DNA of 64,000 nucleotides from Rhodocyclaceae bacterium (GTDB taxonomy: Bacteria; Pseudomonadota; Gammaproteobacteria; Burkholderiales; Rhodocyclaceae): positions 8,370 to 72,369 of the forward strand of contig JACAEF010000024.1 of NCBI GenBank assembly GCA_013388985.1, in the 5' to 3' direction. A program made the translations under genes and the position numbers. Position 1 is the first letter of the stretch. The number at the start of each line of letters is the position of its first letter. Under the pieces are notes generated by a model. That model saw only the letters and a list, made by a program, of their open reading frames with translations, did not search any database and had not been told where the DNA came from. Positions 20,523 to 29,571 of the stretch are shown here, piece after piece.

Positions 20523-22991
20523 ATGAACGAACTGCCTCCGCCCACGGGCCTGAGCCGGCTCGAGGCCGCGCAACGCCTTGCCCGTCATGGCCCCAACCGG
20601 CTGCAGCCGCACCGTGAGCGTGCACTGCTGGTGCAGTTCGTGCTGCGTTTTCGCAATCCGCTCGTCCTCATCCTGCTCGCGGCGAGCTTCGTCACCGCTT
20701 TGACGGGCGATGCCGCCGGCGCGGCCATCATCGGCGTCATCGTATTGATGAGCGTCACGCTGGACTTCGTGCAGGAATACCGTGCCGGCCGGGCGGCGGA
20801 GCGTCTGGCCCAGCGGGTCGCGGTGACCGCGACCGTGCTGCGCGATGGCGCGCTGCGCGAAGTGCCGGTCGTCGAGATCGTACCCGGCGACGTGGTGAGG
20901 CTGACGGCCGGCGACCTGGTGCCTGCCGACGGCCGGGTGCTCGAAGCGCGCGACTTCTTCGTCAACCAGGCGCAGCTCACCGGCGAGCCGTATCCGGTGG
21001 AAAAACGCGCCGTCGCTGGCGAGGCAGCCGGCGACGAGGCTGCCGTGTTCATGGGCAGCTCGGTGGTGAGCGGCGCGGCCACCGTGCTGATCGAGCGCAC
21101 CGGCCCGGCCACGGAACTGGGCAGGATCGCCGACAGCCTCGACCGTGCACCGCCGCCGACGGCCTTCGAGCGCGGCACGCGCCATTTCGGCATGCTGATC
21201 ATGCGCCTCACCATGCTGTTGGTGCTGTTTACGTTGCTGGTCAATCTCGCCTTCGCGCGCCCACTCCTGGAATCCTTCCTGTTCGCGGTGGCGCTGGCCG
21301 TGGGCCTGACACCCGAGCTGCTGCCGATGGTCGTCTCCGTTACGCTGGCGCGCGGTGCGCAGCGCATGGCGGCGCGGCAGGTGATCGTCAAGCGCCTCTC
21401 CGCGATCCAGGACATGGGGGCGATGGACGTGTTGTGCACCGACAAGACCGGCACGCTGACCGAAGCGAAGATCCGTCTCGAACGGCACATCGACGCCACC
21501 GGCCAGCCCAGTCAGCGGGTGCTGGAACTCGCTTACCTCAACAGCCTTTTCGAAAGCGGCCTGAAAAGCCCGCTCGACGAGGCCATCCTCGCGCATGGCG
21601 AGATCGACGTTGCCGGCTGGCGCAAGGTGGACGAAGTGCCGTTCGATTTCGAGCGCCGCCGCGTCTCGGTGCTGGCGGAGAAGGACGGCGGCCGCATCCT
21701 GGCGGTGAAAGGCGCCCCGGAAGACATCCTGGCGCTCTCCACCGCGTATGAGATGGCCGACGGCACGATCGTTCCGCTCACCGAGACTGCGCGCGAGCGT
21801 ATCGCCGCGGTGTTCGAGGCCCTGGGCGACGAGGGCTTCCGCGCGCTGGGCATCGCCTGGCGCGCGGTGCCGCCCGATCATCCGCATGCCGTGGTCACCG
21901 ACGAGACGGAGCTCACCTTCGCCGGCTTCGCCGCCTTTCTCGATCCGCCCAAGGCCAGCGCGGCGGCGGCGATCGCGCATCTGGCCAAGAGCGGCGTGGC
22001 GGTGAAGATCCTCACCGGCGACAACGAGCGCGTCACGCGCCACGTCTGCAGGGAGCTTGCCATTCCCGTCACCGGCGTGCTCACCGGGCAGGAGATCGCG
22101 CAGCTGGGCGACGAGGCGCTCGACGCGCGGGTGGATGAGGTCAATCTCTTCTGCCGCGTCACGCCGGCGCAGAAAAACCGCATCCTGCTCGCGCTCAAGC
22201 GCCGCGGCCACGCGGTCGGCTATCTCGGCGACGGCATCAACGACGCGCCGTCGCTGCACACCGCCGACGTCGGCATCTCGGTCGATGGCGCGGTGGATGT
22301 CGCGCGCGAGGCCGCCGATCTGGTGCTGCTCTCACACGATCTCGACGTGCTCCACGACGGCATCCGCGAGGGCCGGCGCACTTTCGGCAACGTGATGAAG
22401 TACATCATGATGGCCACCAGCTCCAATTTCGGCAACATGTTCAGCATGGCCGCGGCGACGCTGTTCCTGCCCTTCCTGCCGATGTTGCCGATGCAGATCC
22501 TGCTCAACAACCTGCTCTACGACGTCTCGGAAATCCCGCTGCCGCTCGATCGCGTCGATGCCGAGGAATTGGCGCGGCCGCGCCGCTGGGACATGGGCTT
22601 CATCCGCAACTTCATGCTCGCCGTCGGGCCGGTGAGCTCGCTGTTCGATTTCTTCACCTTCTATCTGCTGATGGTCGTGCTCGAAGCCAGCGAGACGCTG
22701 TTTCGCACCGGCTGGTTCGTCGAGTCCATCGCCACGCAGGTGCTGGTGATCTTCGTCATCCGCACGCGCCGCAATCCGCTACTGAGCCGCCCGCATCCCG
22801 CGCTGGCGCTCACCTCGCTGGGCGTGGTGGGCCTGGCGCTGCTGCTACCCTTCACGCCGCTGGCCGGCCTGCTGGGCTTCACCCCGCTGCCGCCGCTGTT
22901 CTTCCTGCTGCTGGCCGGTCTGCTCGTCGCCTATCTGTGCCTGGTCGAGCTGGTCAAGCGCCGCTTCTTTCATCGCCTGGGGATGGCGTGA
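20523..22991 (+). CDS. mgtA: Mg2+-importing P-type ATPase (MgtA/MgtB type)
   Basis: P-type motifs DKTGTLT, TGDN, GDGINDAP. The N-terminus GLSRLEAAQRLARHGPNRL and the C-terminal TM block (NLLYD.SE) are typical of the MgtA family. 822 aa. Confidence 0.8.
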   Translation: MNELPPPTGLSRLEAAQRLARHGPNRLQPHRERALLVQFVLRFRNPLVLILLAASFVTALTGDAAGAAIIGVIVLMSVTLDFVQEYRAGRAAERLAQRVAVTATVLRDGALREVPVVEIVPGDVVRLTAGDLVPADGRVLEARDFFVNQAQLTGEPYPVEKRAVAGEAAGDEAAVFMGSSVVSGAATVLIERTGPATELGRIADSLDRAPPPTAFERGTRHFGMLIMRLTMLLVLFTLLVNLAFARPLLESFLFAVALAVGLTPELLPMVVSVTLARGAQRMAARQVIVKRLSAIQDMGAMDVLCTDKTGTLTEAKIRLERHIDATGQPSQRVLELAYLNSLFESGLKSPLDEAILAHGEIDVAGWRKVDEVPFDFERRRVSVLAEKDGGRILAVKGAPEDILALSTAYEMADGTIVPLTETARERIAAVFEALGDEGFRALGIAWRAVPPDHPHAVVTDETELTFAGFAAFLDPPKASAAAAIAHLAKSGVAVKILTGDNERVTRHVCRELAIPVTGVLTGQEIAQLGDEALDARVDEVNLFCRVTPAQKNRILLALKRRGHAVGYLGDGINDAPSLHTADVGISVDGAVDVAREAADLVLLSHDLDVLHDGIREGRRTFGNVMKYIMMATSSNFGNMFSMAAATLFLPFLPMLPMQILLNNLLYDVSEIPLPLDRVDAEELARPRRWDMGFIRNFMLAVGPVSSLFDFFTFYLLMVVLEASETLFRTGWFVESIATQVLVIFVIRTRRNPLLSRPHPALALTSLGVVGLALLLPFTPLAGLLGFTPLPPLFFLLLAGLLVAYLCLVELVKRRFFHRLGMA

Positions 22992-23046
22992 GCACAACGG
23001 CCGCCGGCAACCCGCACGGTGCGAAAATCCGCTCATGTGCCGGTGC

Positions 23047-23072
23047 GTGCCGTATCGCCAGCGCCGACCTCA
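23047..23072 (+). repeat. Dispersed intergenic repeat, copy 5 (GTGCCGTATCGCCAGCGCCGACCTCA)
   Basis: Read directly. Lies 56 nt after the mgtA stop and 37 nt before the rhodanese start. Confidence 0.8.
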
Positions 23073-23109
23073 TCATCGGTAAATCGAACCTTTCCATGAA
23101 AGGGGAACA

Positions 23110-24039
23110 ATGCGTCACTTCGTCACTTTGCTACTTGCGCTCTTCATGACAATGACCGGCGGTGCACGCGCCGCCGAGAGGCCGGATTTCCTCGTCGACG
23201 CCGATTGGCTCGCCGAACGCATCCGGGATCCGAAACTGGTCGTGCTCGAAGTGCGCTACCACCCGCATCGTTACTTCACGATCGGTCACGTTCCCGGCGC
23301 GATCCAGGTGCAGCGTTTTGCCGACCTCGGCGCCAACGACAAACTGCCGATCATGAAATTTCCCTCGCGCGAGGTCTTTCAGGCGACCTTGCGACGCTGG
23401 GGCGTGAATGATGATTCGATCATCGTCGTCTATGACGATTCGGTCTCCGCGCTGGCGTCGCGCGTGCTGTTCCTGCTCGACCTCTACGGCTTCGATATGA
23501 AGCGCGTCAAGCTGCTCGACGGAGGCACGGTCGGCTGGACCGGTTTCAACGAACTCGACAAGACTCCGACGCCGCCCAAGCCCCTCGGCAAGGTGACGCT
23601 CAAGCCGGCCGATCCGAAACGGCTGGTCGCTTGGCCCGAGGTCTATCGGCGCGTGGTGGCCGAGCGCGATGCAAAGGTCACGCTGATCGACGCGCGGCCC
23701 ACCGAGATGTATGAGGGCAGCCGTATTCAGCATTCAGTGCAGGGCGGCCACATCCCGGGCGCGATCAACATCGTCAGCTTGCAAGGAGTCGATGGCCAAT
23801 CGCAGCAATGGAAATCTCTCGACGAGCTGGCGAAGCTCTATCAAGCGGTGCCGAAAGACCATACCGTCATCACTTATTGCCACGATGGCTTCCGCTCGAC
23901 GCTGGCCTGGTTACAGTTGAAGGCGCTCGGTTACGCGGAGGTGCGCGTCTATGACGGCGGCTGGGGTGATTGGGACCGCACGCTAACGCTGCCGGTCGTC
24001 AAGGGCGGCAAACCCTTCGACGCCGATTTCGAGCTGTAG
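23110..24039 (+). CDS. Periplasmic two-domain rhodanese (thiosulfate / 3-mercaptopyruvate sulfurtransferase-like)
   Basis: Signal peptide MRHFVTLLLALFMTMTGGARA, tandem rhodanese domains, catalytic loop ITYCHDGFRST in the second domain. Confidence 0.8.
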   Translation: MRHFVTLLLALFMTMTGGARAAERPDFLVDADWLAERIRDPKLVVLEVRYHPHRYFTIGHVPGAIQVQRFADLGANDKLPIMKFPSREVFQATLRRWGVNDDSIIVVYDDSVSALASRVLFLLDLYGFDMKRVKLLDGGTVGWTGFNELDKTPTPPKPLGKVTLKPADPKRLVAWPEVYRRVVAERDAKVTLIDARPTEMYEGSRIQHSVQGGHIPGAINIVSLQGVDGQSQQWKSLDELAKLYQAVPKDHTVITYCHDGFRSTLAWLQLKALGYAEVRVYDGGWGDWDRTLTLPVVKGGKPFDADFEL

Positions 24040-24048
24040 GACGCTTCC

Positions 24049-25404
24049 TCATGGTTCGTTGTCTCTCGACCTGATGCCGAGACGGCGCAGCTTCTCCCAG
24101 AGCGTCTTGCGCGTGATGCCGAGCGCCTCGGCCGCTCGCGTCATGTGGTGATCGTGGCGTTCGAGCATCATCAGCAGATAATCGCGCTCGCAGGCCATCA
24201 GGTAATCGGCCAAGGATGCCGATGCAGGTGGCTGGCCGCCGGTACTGCTCGCCACGCCATCAGTGAAGAACGCTTCCGCTTCGAGCAGCGGCCCGCTGGA
24301 GAGGATGCAGGCGCGCTCGACGGCGTGCTTCAGCTCACGCACATTGCCAGGCCACGAGTAGCTCAGCAGCGCCTGTTCGGTGCGAGGGTCGATGCGCCGC
24401 ATGAGTTCGGGGTGGCGGCGGTTGAAGGCTTCGACGAAATGGCGCACGAACCAGCGGATGTCTTCCGGTCGCTCGCGCAACGGCGGAATGCGCAGATGGA
24501 TGACGTGTATGCGGTAGTAGAGGTCTTCGCGGAACTGACCGGCCTCGACCATCGCCTTGAGATCGCGGTGCGTCGCGCAGACGAGGCGGAAGTCGGCAGC
24601 GACCGGTTTCTCGCCGCCCAGCCGCGTCAGCTTTCTGTCCTGAAGCGTGCGCAGTAGCTTGGCCTGCATCGACAATGGCATTTCGCCGATCTCGTCGAGG
24701 AACAGGGTGCCTTGGTGGGCCTGCTCGAACATGCCGCGCTTGGCTTTGATCGCGCCGGTGAAGGCGCCTTTTTCGTAGCCGAACAGTTCGGCCTCCATCA
24801 GGGATTCCGGAATCGCGGCGCAGTTGACGGCGACGAATTCACCGACCGTGCCCACCGCATGCTGATGAAAAAGGCGCGCGACATGTTCCTTTCCGGAACC
24901 CGACTCGCCGGTGATCAGCAGGGTTTCGATATGGCGGGCGAGTCGGGGCAGGGCTTCGGCGATGCGCTGCATGGCATCGGAAATGCCGAGGCTGGCGTCA
25001 TTCGTGTCGCTTCCCGCCCCATAGCTGGCAGCAAGCCCCCGCACCTTTTGCACCAGCACATCGACATCGAAGGGTTTGGTGACATAGTCGGCGGCTCCGG
25101 CTTTGAGCAGTTCGACCGCACGGTCGATCGTGCCGTAAGCGGTCATGAACAGCCAGGGTGGCAGTCCGGAGAGTCGGCTACGTAGATCCAGGAAGAGCTC
25201 GCCGCCATCGCGGTCGGGCAGCCGGATGTCGCTGACGACGACGTTGAAGCGGTTCTCGCCGATGGCTTGCGCGGCCTCGGCCGCAGTGCGGCACCAGGCC
25301 GGCTCGAAGCCTTCGAGCTGGAAGAGCTGCAGTAGCGATTCGCCCATGATCTCGTCGTCCTCGATGAGACAGATACGGGGATGGAATTCATTGGCCTTGG
25401 GCAT
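24049..25404 (-). CDS. Sigma-54-dependent response regulator (NtrC/AioR-type), paralogue 1
   Basis: REC domain (ICLIEDD...SDIRLPD), AAA+ domain with GESGSGKE and the sigma-54 contact loop EKGAFTGA, C-terminal HTH. 451 aa. Confidence 0.85.
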   Translation of the reverse strand: MPKANEFHPRICLIEDDEIMGESLLQLFQLEGFEPAWCRTAAEAAQAIGENRFNVVVSDIRLPDRDGGELFLDLRSRLSGLPPWLFMTAYGTIDRAVELLKAGAADYVTKPFDVDVLVQKVRGLAASYGAGSDTNDASLGISDAMQRIAEALPRLARHIETLLITGESGSGKEHVARLFHQHAVGTVGEFVAVNCAAIPESLMEAELFGYEKGAFTGAIKAKRGMFEQAHQGTLFLDEIGEMPLSMQAKLLRTLQDRKLTRLGGEKPVAADFRLVCATHRDLKAMVEAGQFREDLYYRIHVIHLRIPPLRERPEDIRWFVRHFVEAFNRRHPELMRRIDPRTEQALLSYSWPGNVRELKHAVERACILSSGPLLEAEAFFTDGVASSTGGQPPASASLADYLMACERDYLLMMLERHDHHMTRAAEALGITRKTLWEKLRRLGIRSRDNEP

Positions 25405-26839
25405 AGGGAATCTCGATGTGAAAGCTCGTGCAGCCGGGTTCGCTATCGACGGTCAGACCGCCGTTGAGTTGCCGGACGATTTGATAGACCACCCACAGTC
25501 CCAATCCGTGTCCCTGGGCACGGCCGGTGGCAAAAGGCTCGAACAGATAGGTCATTTGTTCGTCGGGAATGTGCTGACCGTCGTTGCAGACGGCAAGACG
25601 CAGCATACCGTCGCTCGCGGCGATCTCGAGTTTGACGTGTCCTTGCTCATCGGCCGCCGCGATGGCATTCAAGAGCAGGTTGAGCAGAATTTGCCGCACC
25701 AAGGTCGCGGGCAGAGGCAGCTCGTCGGCAAGCCCGCCTGCCAGTGTGATCGTGACGGAACGGCTCTGGGCCTGAGCCTCGACGAGGATCAGGACGTCCT
25801 CGATGTCGGCGGGCTCGAGGGGGCGATCCTGGGTTTTCGTCTCGACCAGAAGGGCGGCGACGGTATTGCGGATTTGTTGCAGTCCGCGTTCGAGCCGCGC
25901 CATCGTCTGGTTGGCCAGCGCGTCGTCATTGCCGTGTCGCTGCCAGGTCTTGATGGCCGTCAGCATGCCGCCGAGCGGGTTGTTGATTTCATGAGCGATG
26001 CCTGCAGAGAGCCGGCCGACGGCCGCGAGACGCTCGGAGGCCAGCATTTGGGCTTCGAGTTCCTGCTTCTTCCTGAGCTCTGCGATCATGCGGCTGAAAG
26101 CCTGTCCGAGCTGGCCGATTTCGTCCTGATTGTCCGGCAGGGCAAGGCGGGTAGTCTCGTCGAGCCTGTCGGGTACATAGCGCATCGCCTCTGCAAGCGC
26201 CAGCAGCGGTGCCCCCGTGCTGCGCGCCCATACCCATGAGACCGGCATGATGACGACCAGCACGATCAGCGTCACCAGCATGGCGCGGCCGACCAGACCC
26301 AGGAAGCGCGGCAGGAAAGAAGTCTTGGAGTAGCCGAGGATGACGTGCCCGAGAATGACGCCATCGGCGACGAGCGGTGACATGACGAAATAAAGCGACG
26401 ATCCGGAAGGCTCGATGATCTGCTGTTCGAGCGCGGAATGATGGCTGATGCGCGCGCGCAGCTCGGCGTAGGCACCACCCAGTTCGGCGGGACTGCTGCC
26501 GATCGGAAATTTGCGCGGAGTCGTCGACACGAAGACACGGTAACTGGCATCGGTGACCAGCACGATGTTCGCTTGCAGTTCCGGTGAGGGCGGATTGGAC
26601 TCACGCGCCGACTGCAGGATTTCATAGGCCCGCCAGACGTCGTCGTGCAGGACCGGCGCCACGAGCGTGTTGGCCAGCACCTTGCCCAGGCTGCGCGCAT
26701 GCCCTTCGAGGTTTTGCCGCAGCTCGTCGTATTCTCTCGCTACGAGGGCGGTCGTCACCGCGATGGCGGTTCCCATGACGGCCGCCATCACGCGCAGCGG
26801 AATCTTCCAGCGCAGAGAGAGATCCGCAAGCCGGATCAT
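25388..26839 (-). CDS. Sensor histidine kinase (AioS/ArxS-like), paralogue 1
   Basis: Two TM helices flank a periplasmic domain of about 170 aa. HAMP-like linker, H-box AHEINNPL, HATPase N/G boxes (LLNLLLNAI, GHGLGLW). Start MIRLADL overlaps the upstream stop (ATGA). The longer ORF extension was rejected. Confidence 0.8.
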   Translation of the reverse strand: MIRLADLSLRWKIPLRVMAAVMGTAIAVTTALVAREYDELRQNLEGHARSLGKVLANTLVAPVLHDDVWRAYEILQSARESNPPSPELQANIVLVTDASYRVFVSTTPRKFPIGSSPAELGGAYAELRARISHHSALEQQIIEPSGSSLYFVMSPLVADGVILGHVILGYSKTSFLPRFLGLVGRAMLVTLIVLVVIMPVSWVWARSTGAPLLALAEAMRYVPDRLDETTRLALPDNQDEIGQLGQAFSRMIAELRKKQELEAQMLASERLAAVGRLSAGIAHEINNPLGGMLTAIKTWQRHGNDDALANQTMARLERGLQQIRNTVAALLVETKTQDRPLEPADIEDVLILVEAQAQSRSVTITLAGGLADELPLPATLVRQILLNLLLNAIAAADEQGHVKLEIAASDGMLRLAVCNDGQHIPDEQMTYLFEPFATGRAQGHGLGLWVVYQIVRQLNGGLTVDSEPGCTSFHIEIPYAQGQ

Positions 26840-27705
26840 AAGCGGCCTACTCTGACGGCCATGCGGGCGATCTCGTCGTATAACGCGGGCCTTCCCGTGA
26901 TGAAACCGTCGAGCCGCATCGATTCGAGCAATTCCATGCCCATCGGCTCTGTCGCCATCTCCAGGAGCGCGGACCGGAATAGATGCAATTGTGCCTCGGG
27001 GATGTCCGCGCGAGCTACGAAGGGCGGGTAGCCCAGATCCCCGGAGCGGCCGATGATGCGGGTGGCTGCGGTGAGTCGGGGATGGGTTTCTGACAAGGTT
27101 TCCCAAACATAGCCGTCGACGGCACCCCCATCCGCGAGACCGACGCCGACGGCCTCGACCACCTTGCGGTGCGCCCAGGTGAAAAAACTGCGCGCAAAAA
27201 ACAACGAGGGATTCTCGCCCTGCATGGTGAGCAGATACTGCGGATAAAGGTATCCGGAATTCGAATCGGGGTCGGAATAAGCGAATACCTTGCCGCGCAA
27301 ATCTGCCAATGAACGGCTCTGATCGTCGTCGGCAGGCACGATTAGGTATGACCGATAAAGCGGCCGCCCGCGCCACAAAGGCACGGCGACGAGTTTCAGC
27401 TGGCGCCGGTATCGGACATACGGGTAACCGCAAAGCCAGGCGAAATCGAGTTTGCCGCTCAGCAGTAACTCCACGATTTCGCGATAGCTGCCGCGTTGCA
27501 CGAAGATGACCTGACGTTCCAGCTTTTTTTCCAGCCAGGCACGCCAACGGGAAAGGAAACTGACCTGATCATCAAGAAAAACAGGGGTCAGGCCGACGCG
27601 CATCGGCGGCGCTTCGGCGCGCAGCGGCGATATCGGCATCGCGGCAAGCCCGCCAGCCGCTCGAAGGAATCTGCGTCGCGCAAGCCCGCGCTGATCTAGC
27701 TCCAT
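26836..27705 (-). CDS. Periplasmic PhnD-fold (phosphonate/oxyanion-binding) protein, AioX/ArxX-like, paralogue 1
   Basis: Twin-arginine-like signal (RRRFLRAAGGLAA) and PhnD-family pattern (RVGLTPVF...GKLDFAWLCGYPYV...YSDPDSNSGYL...DGGAVDGYVWE). First gene of the X-S-R operon. Confidence 0.75.
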   Translation of the reverse strand: MELDQRGLARRRFLRAAGGLAAMPISPLRAEAPPMRVGLTPVFLDDQVSFLSRWRAWLEKKLERQVIFVQRGSYREIVELLLSGKLDFAWLCGYPYVRYRRQLKLVAVPLWRGRPLYRSYLIVPADDDQSRSLADLRGKVFAYSDPDSNSGYLYPQYLLTMQGENPSLFFARSFFTWAHRKVVEAVGVGLADGGAVDGYVWETLSETHPRLTAATRIIGRSGDLGYPPFVARADIPEAQLHLFRSALLEMATEPMGMELLESMRLDGFITGRPALYDEIARMAVRVGRL

Positions 27706-27801
27706 GCAAGCAATGATAAGCAGCGCAAGCCCTGCTTGCCAGTCCGAGGTTTCTGACGTTACGTCGGTGTATCAGGTTGCATTGCAGCAAATCCGGGAAT
27801 T

Positions 27802-27817
27802 GTTACGCCCGCGTAAC
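27802..27817. promoter_or_regulatory. Perfect inverted repeat GTTACG-CCCG-CGTAAC (candidate enhancer-binding-protein site)
   Basis: Read directly, about 80 nt upstream of the -24/-12 element. Further palindromes lie at 27755..27765 (GACGTTACGTC) and 27725..27739 (GCAAGCcctGCTTGC). Confidence 0.35.
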
Positions 27818-27896
27818 GGCCCTCTTCATGCCATAGCCATAAAGAATCGGGCTAACTTGCGGTTCCTCAACGAAGAGTGACCGAAAACCCCTTTCC

Positions 27897-27912
27897 TGGC
27901 GCGATTGTTGCG
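27897..27912 (+). promoter_or_regulatory. Candidate sigma-54 promoter TGGCGC-N5-TTGCG for the B1-C1-A1 operon
   Basis: GG-N10-GC spacing is exact (consensus TGGCAC-N5-TTGCA). Lies 51 nt upstream of the ATG at 27963, next to a sigma-54-dependent regulator operon. Confidence 0.55.
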
Positions 27913-27962
27913 GATAAGCAGCACCGTTGAGCGCAGTGCATTCACGAGAGGAGGCAAGCCAG

Positions 27963-28673
27963 ATGAGTGAGGAACTGAGAGTCTCGCCGATCGAGACGCG
28001 CGAGGTGCCGGGCAAGCGGCGCTTTGCAATGGTGGTGGATGTCCGCCGTTGCATTGGCTGCATGGCCTGCCAGGTCGCCTGCAAGGCCGAATACGACACG
28101 CCGCTGGGCGTCAACCGCACCTGGGTGCCCTATAAGGTCGTGGGCAAGTATCCGAATGTCAAGAAACACTTTTTGCCGCGCTTGTGCAATCACTGCGACG
28201 ATCCGCCATGCGTGCGCAACTGCCCGGTCGAAGCGACCTTCAAGGTCGATGACGGCGGCTTCATCCTCCAGCGTTACGAACGTTGCATCGGCTGCCGCAG
28301 CTGCATGGCGGCCTGCCCATACAACGCCCGTTTCATGCTGCCAGCGCATCGCACCTACACCCCGATCACCAACGTCGTCGACAAGTGCACCTTCTGTTTC
28401 CATCGCGTCACCCAAAACCTGGTGCCGGCTTGCGTGCAGACCTGCATCGGCCGTTCGCGCGTGTTTGGCGATCTCAACGATCCGACCAGCGAAGTCTCAT
28501 ACCTGGTGGCGAAAAATGCGACCCAGGTGCTGCGTCCCGAACAGGGGACGAAGCCGCATGTGTTCTACATCGGCGCCGACCGCAATCAAACCGAGTTCGG
28601 CCGCGACGCCTATCGCCAGCCCGAAGTGATGGAACTGGAACGCGCAGCCTTCAAACGACACTTCAAGATCTGA
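27963..28673 (+). CDS. 4x[4Fe-4S] electron-transfer subunit of Mo-bisPGD oxidoreductase 1 (DmsB/PsrB/NrfC family), 'B1'
   Basis: Cys motifs CIGCMACQVACK, CNHCDDPPCVRNCP, CIGCRSCMAACP, CTFC...PACVQTC. RBS GAGAGGAGG upstream of the ATG at 27963. Confidence 0.85.
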   Translation: MSEELRVSPIETREVPGKRRFAMVVDVRRCIGCMACQVACKAEYDTPLGVNRTWVPYKVVGKYPNVKKHFLPRLCNHCDDPPCVRNCPVEATFKVDDGGFILQRYERCIGCRSCMAACPYNARFMLPAHRTYTPITNVVDKCTFCFHRVTQNLVPACVQTCIGRSRVFGDLNDPTSEVSYLVAKNATQVLRPEQGTKPHVFYIGADRNQTEFGRDAYRQPEVMELERAAFKRHFKI

Positions 28674-28686
28674 AAGGGGAGCCGTC

Positions 28687-29550
28687 ATGGGTGATTACGT
28701 CTGGTTTCACGATGTATCGTGGCATGCCACTTATGCCATCTATTTCTTCGTCATCGGCATCCTGGCCGGTTTGTCGTTCCTGTCCTATGGCTCTTGGATG
28801 ATGCCGGCGTTGCGGCCCTTGCGAGAAAAGGCTGCCTATGGGTCGCTGGGGCTGCTGGTGGTCGGCGGCTTGCTGTTGATCGCGGACCTTTCGCAACCGC
28901 TGCGTTTCCTGAACATCCTCAACCCGGCTTATCTGCATTTCACCTCGCCGCTGGCCTGGGGAGCGCTCAACATCGTCGCTTTCGGGGTCTGTTCGCTCCT
29001 CTACATCGTCGAGCTGAGGAAAGGTGAAGAGAGTGTGCGTGGCAAAACGCTGGCGATGGTCACTGCGCTATTGGCCTTGGGCCTGCCGATCTACACTGGC
29101 TATGACCTCTCGGTACACCAGTCGCGGCCGATGTGGAACACGCCGATCATGCCGGTGCTTTTCGTCGCCCTTGCGATTGCTTCGGGTTCCGCGGTCGGAA
29201 CGCTGCTCGCAGGAGGCAATCAGGCGGCGCAGAAGATACTGCGGGAATTCATGCTGTGGTCGACGGCGGCAGTCGGCGTGATGCTGATCGGCATTCTCGG
29301 CACGACCAATTACGGCGGTTCGGCCGAAGAGCTGACCTTCATGATCCTGACCACCGGCACGATGGGCATGCTCTTCATCGGCGTCGGTTTCCTGGCTGGC
29401 ACCGCTGCACCGGTCGCCATGCTTTTCTTTGCCCACCTCAAGGAGCGAACGACCGGGCTGTTCCTCGCTGCGATCCTGATTCTGCTGGGCAGTGCCGCCC
29501 TGCGCTATGCGCTGTTGATGGGGCCGCAACAACTGCAAACCCTCTACTGA
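28687..29550 (+). CDS. NrfD/PsrC-family integral membrane quinol-interacting subunit, 'C1'
   Basis: 287 aa, about 8 predicted TM helices. Sits between the Fe-S and catalytic subunits. Confidence 0.75.
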   Translation: MGDYVWFHDVSWHATYAIYFFVIGILAGLSFLSYGSWMMPALRPLREKAAYGSLGLLVVGGLLLIADLSQPLRFLNILNPAYLHFTSPLAWGALNIVAFGVCSLLYIVELRKGEESVRGKTLAMVTALLALGLPIYTGYDLSVHQSRPMWNTPIMPVLFVALAIASGSAVGTLLAGGNQAAQKILREFMLWSTAAVGVMLIGILGTTNYGGSAEELTFMILTTGTMGMLFIGVGFLAGTAAPVAMLFFAHLKERTTGLFLAAILILLGSAALRYALLMGPQQLQTLY

Positions 29551-29571
29551 CCGATTCGAGGAGAGAGAAAC

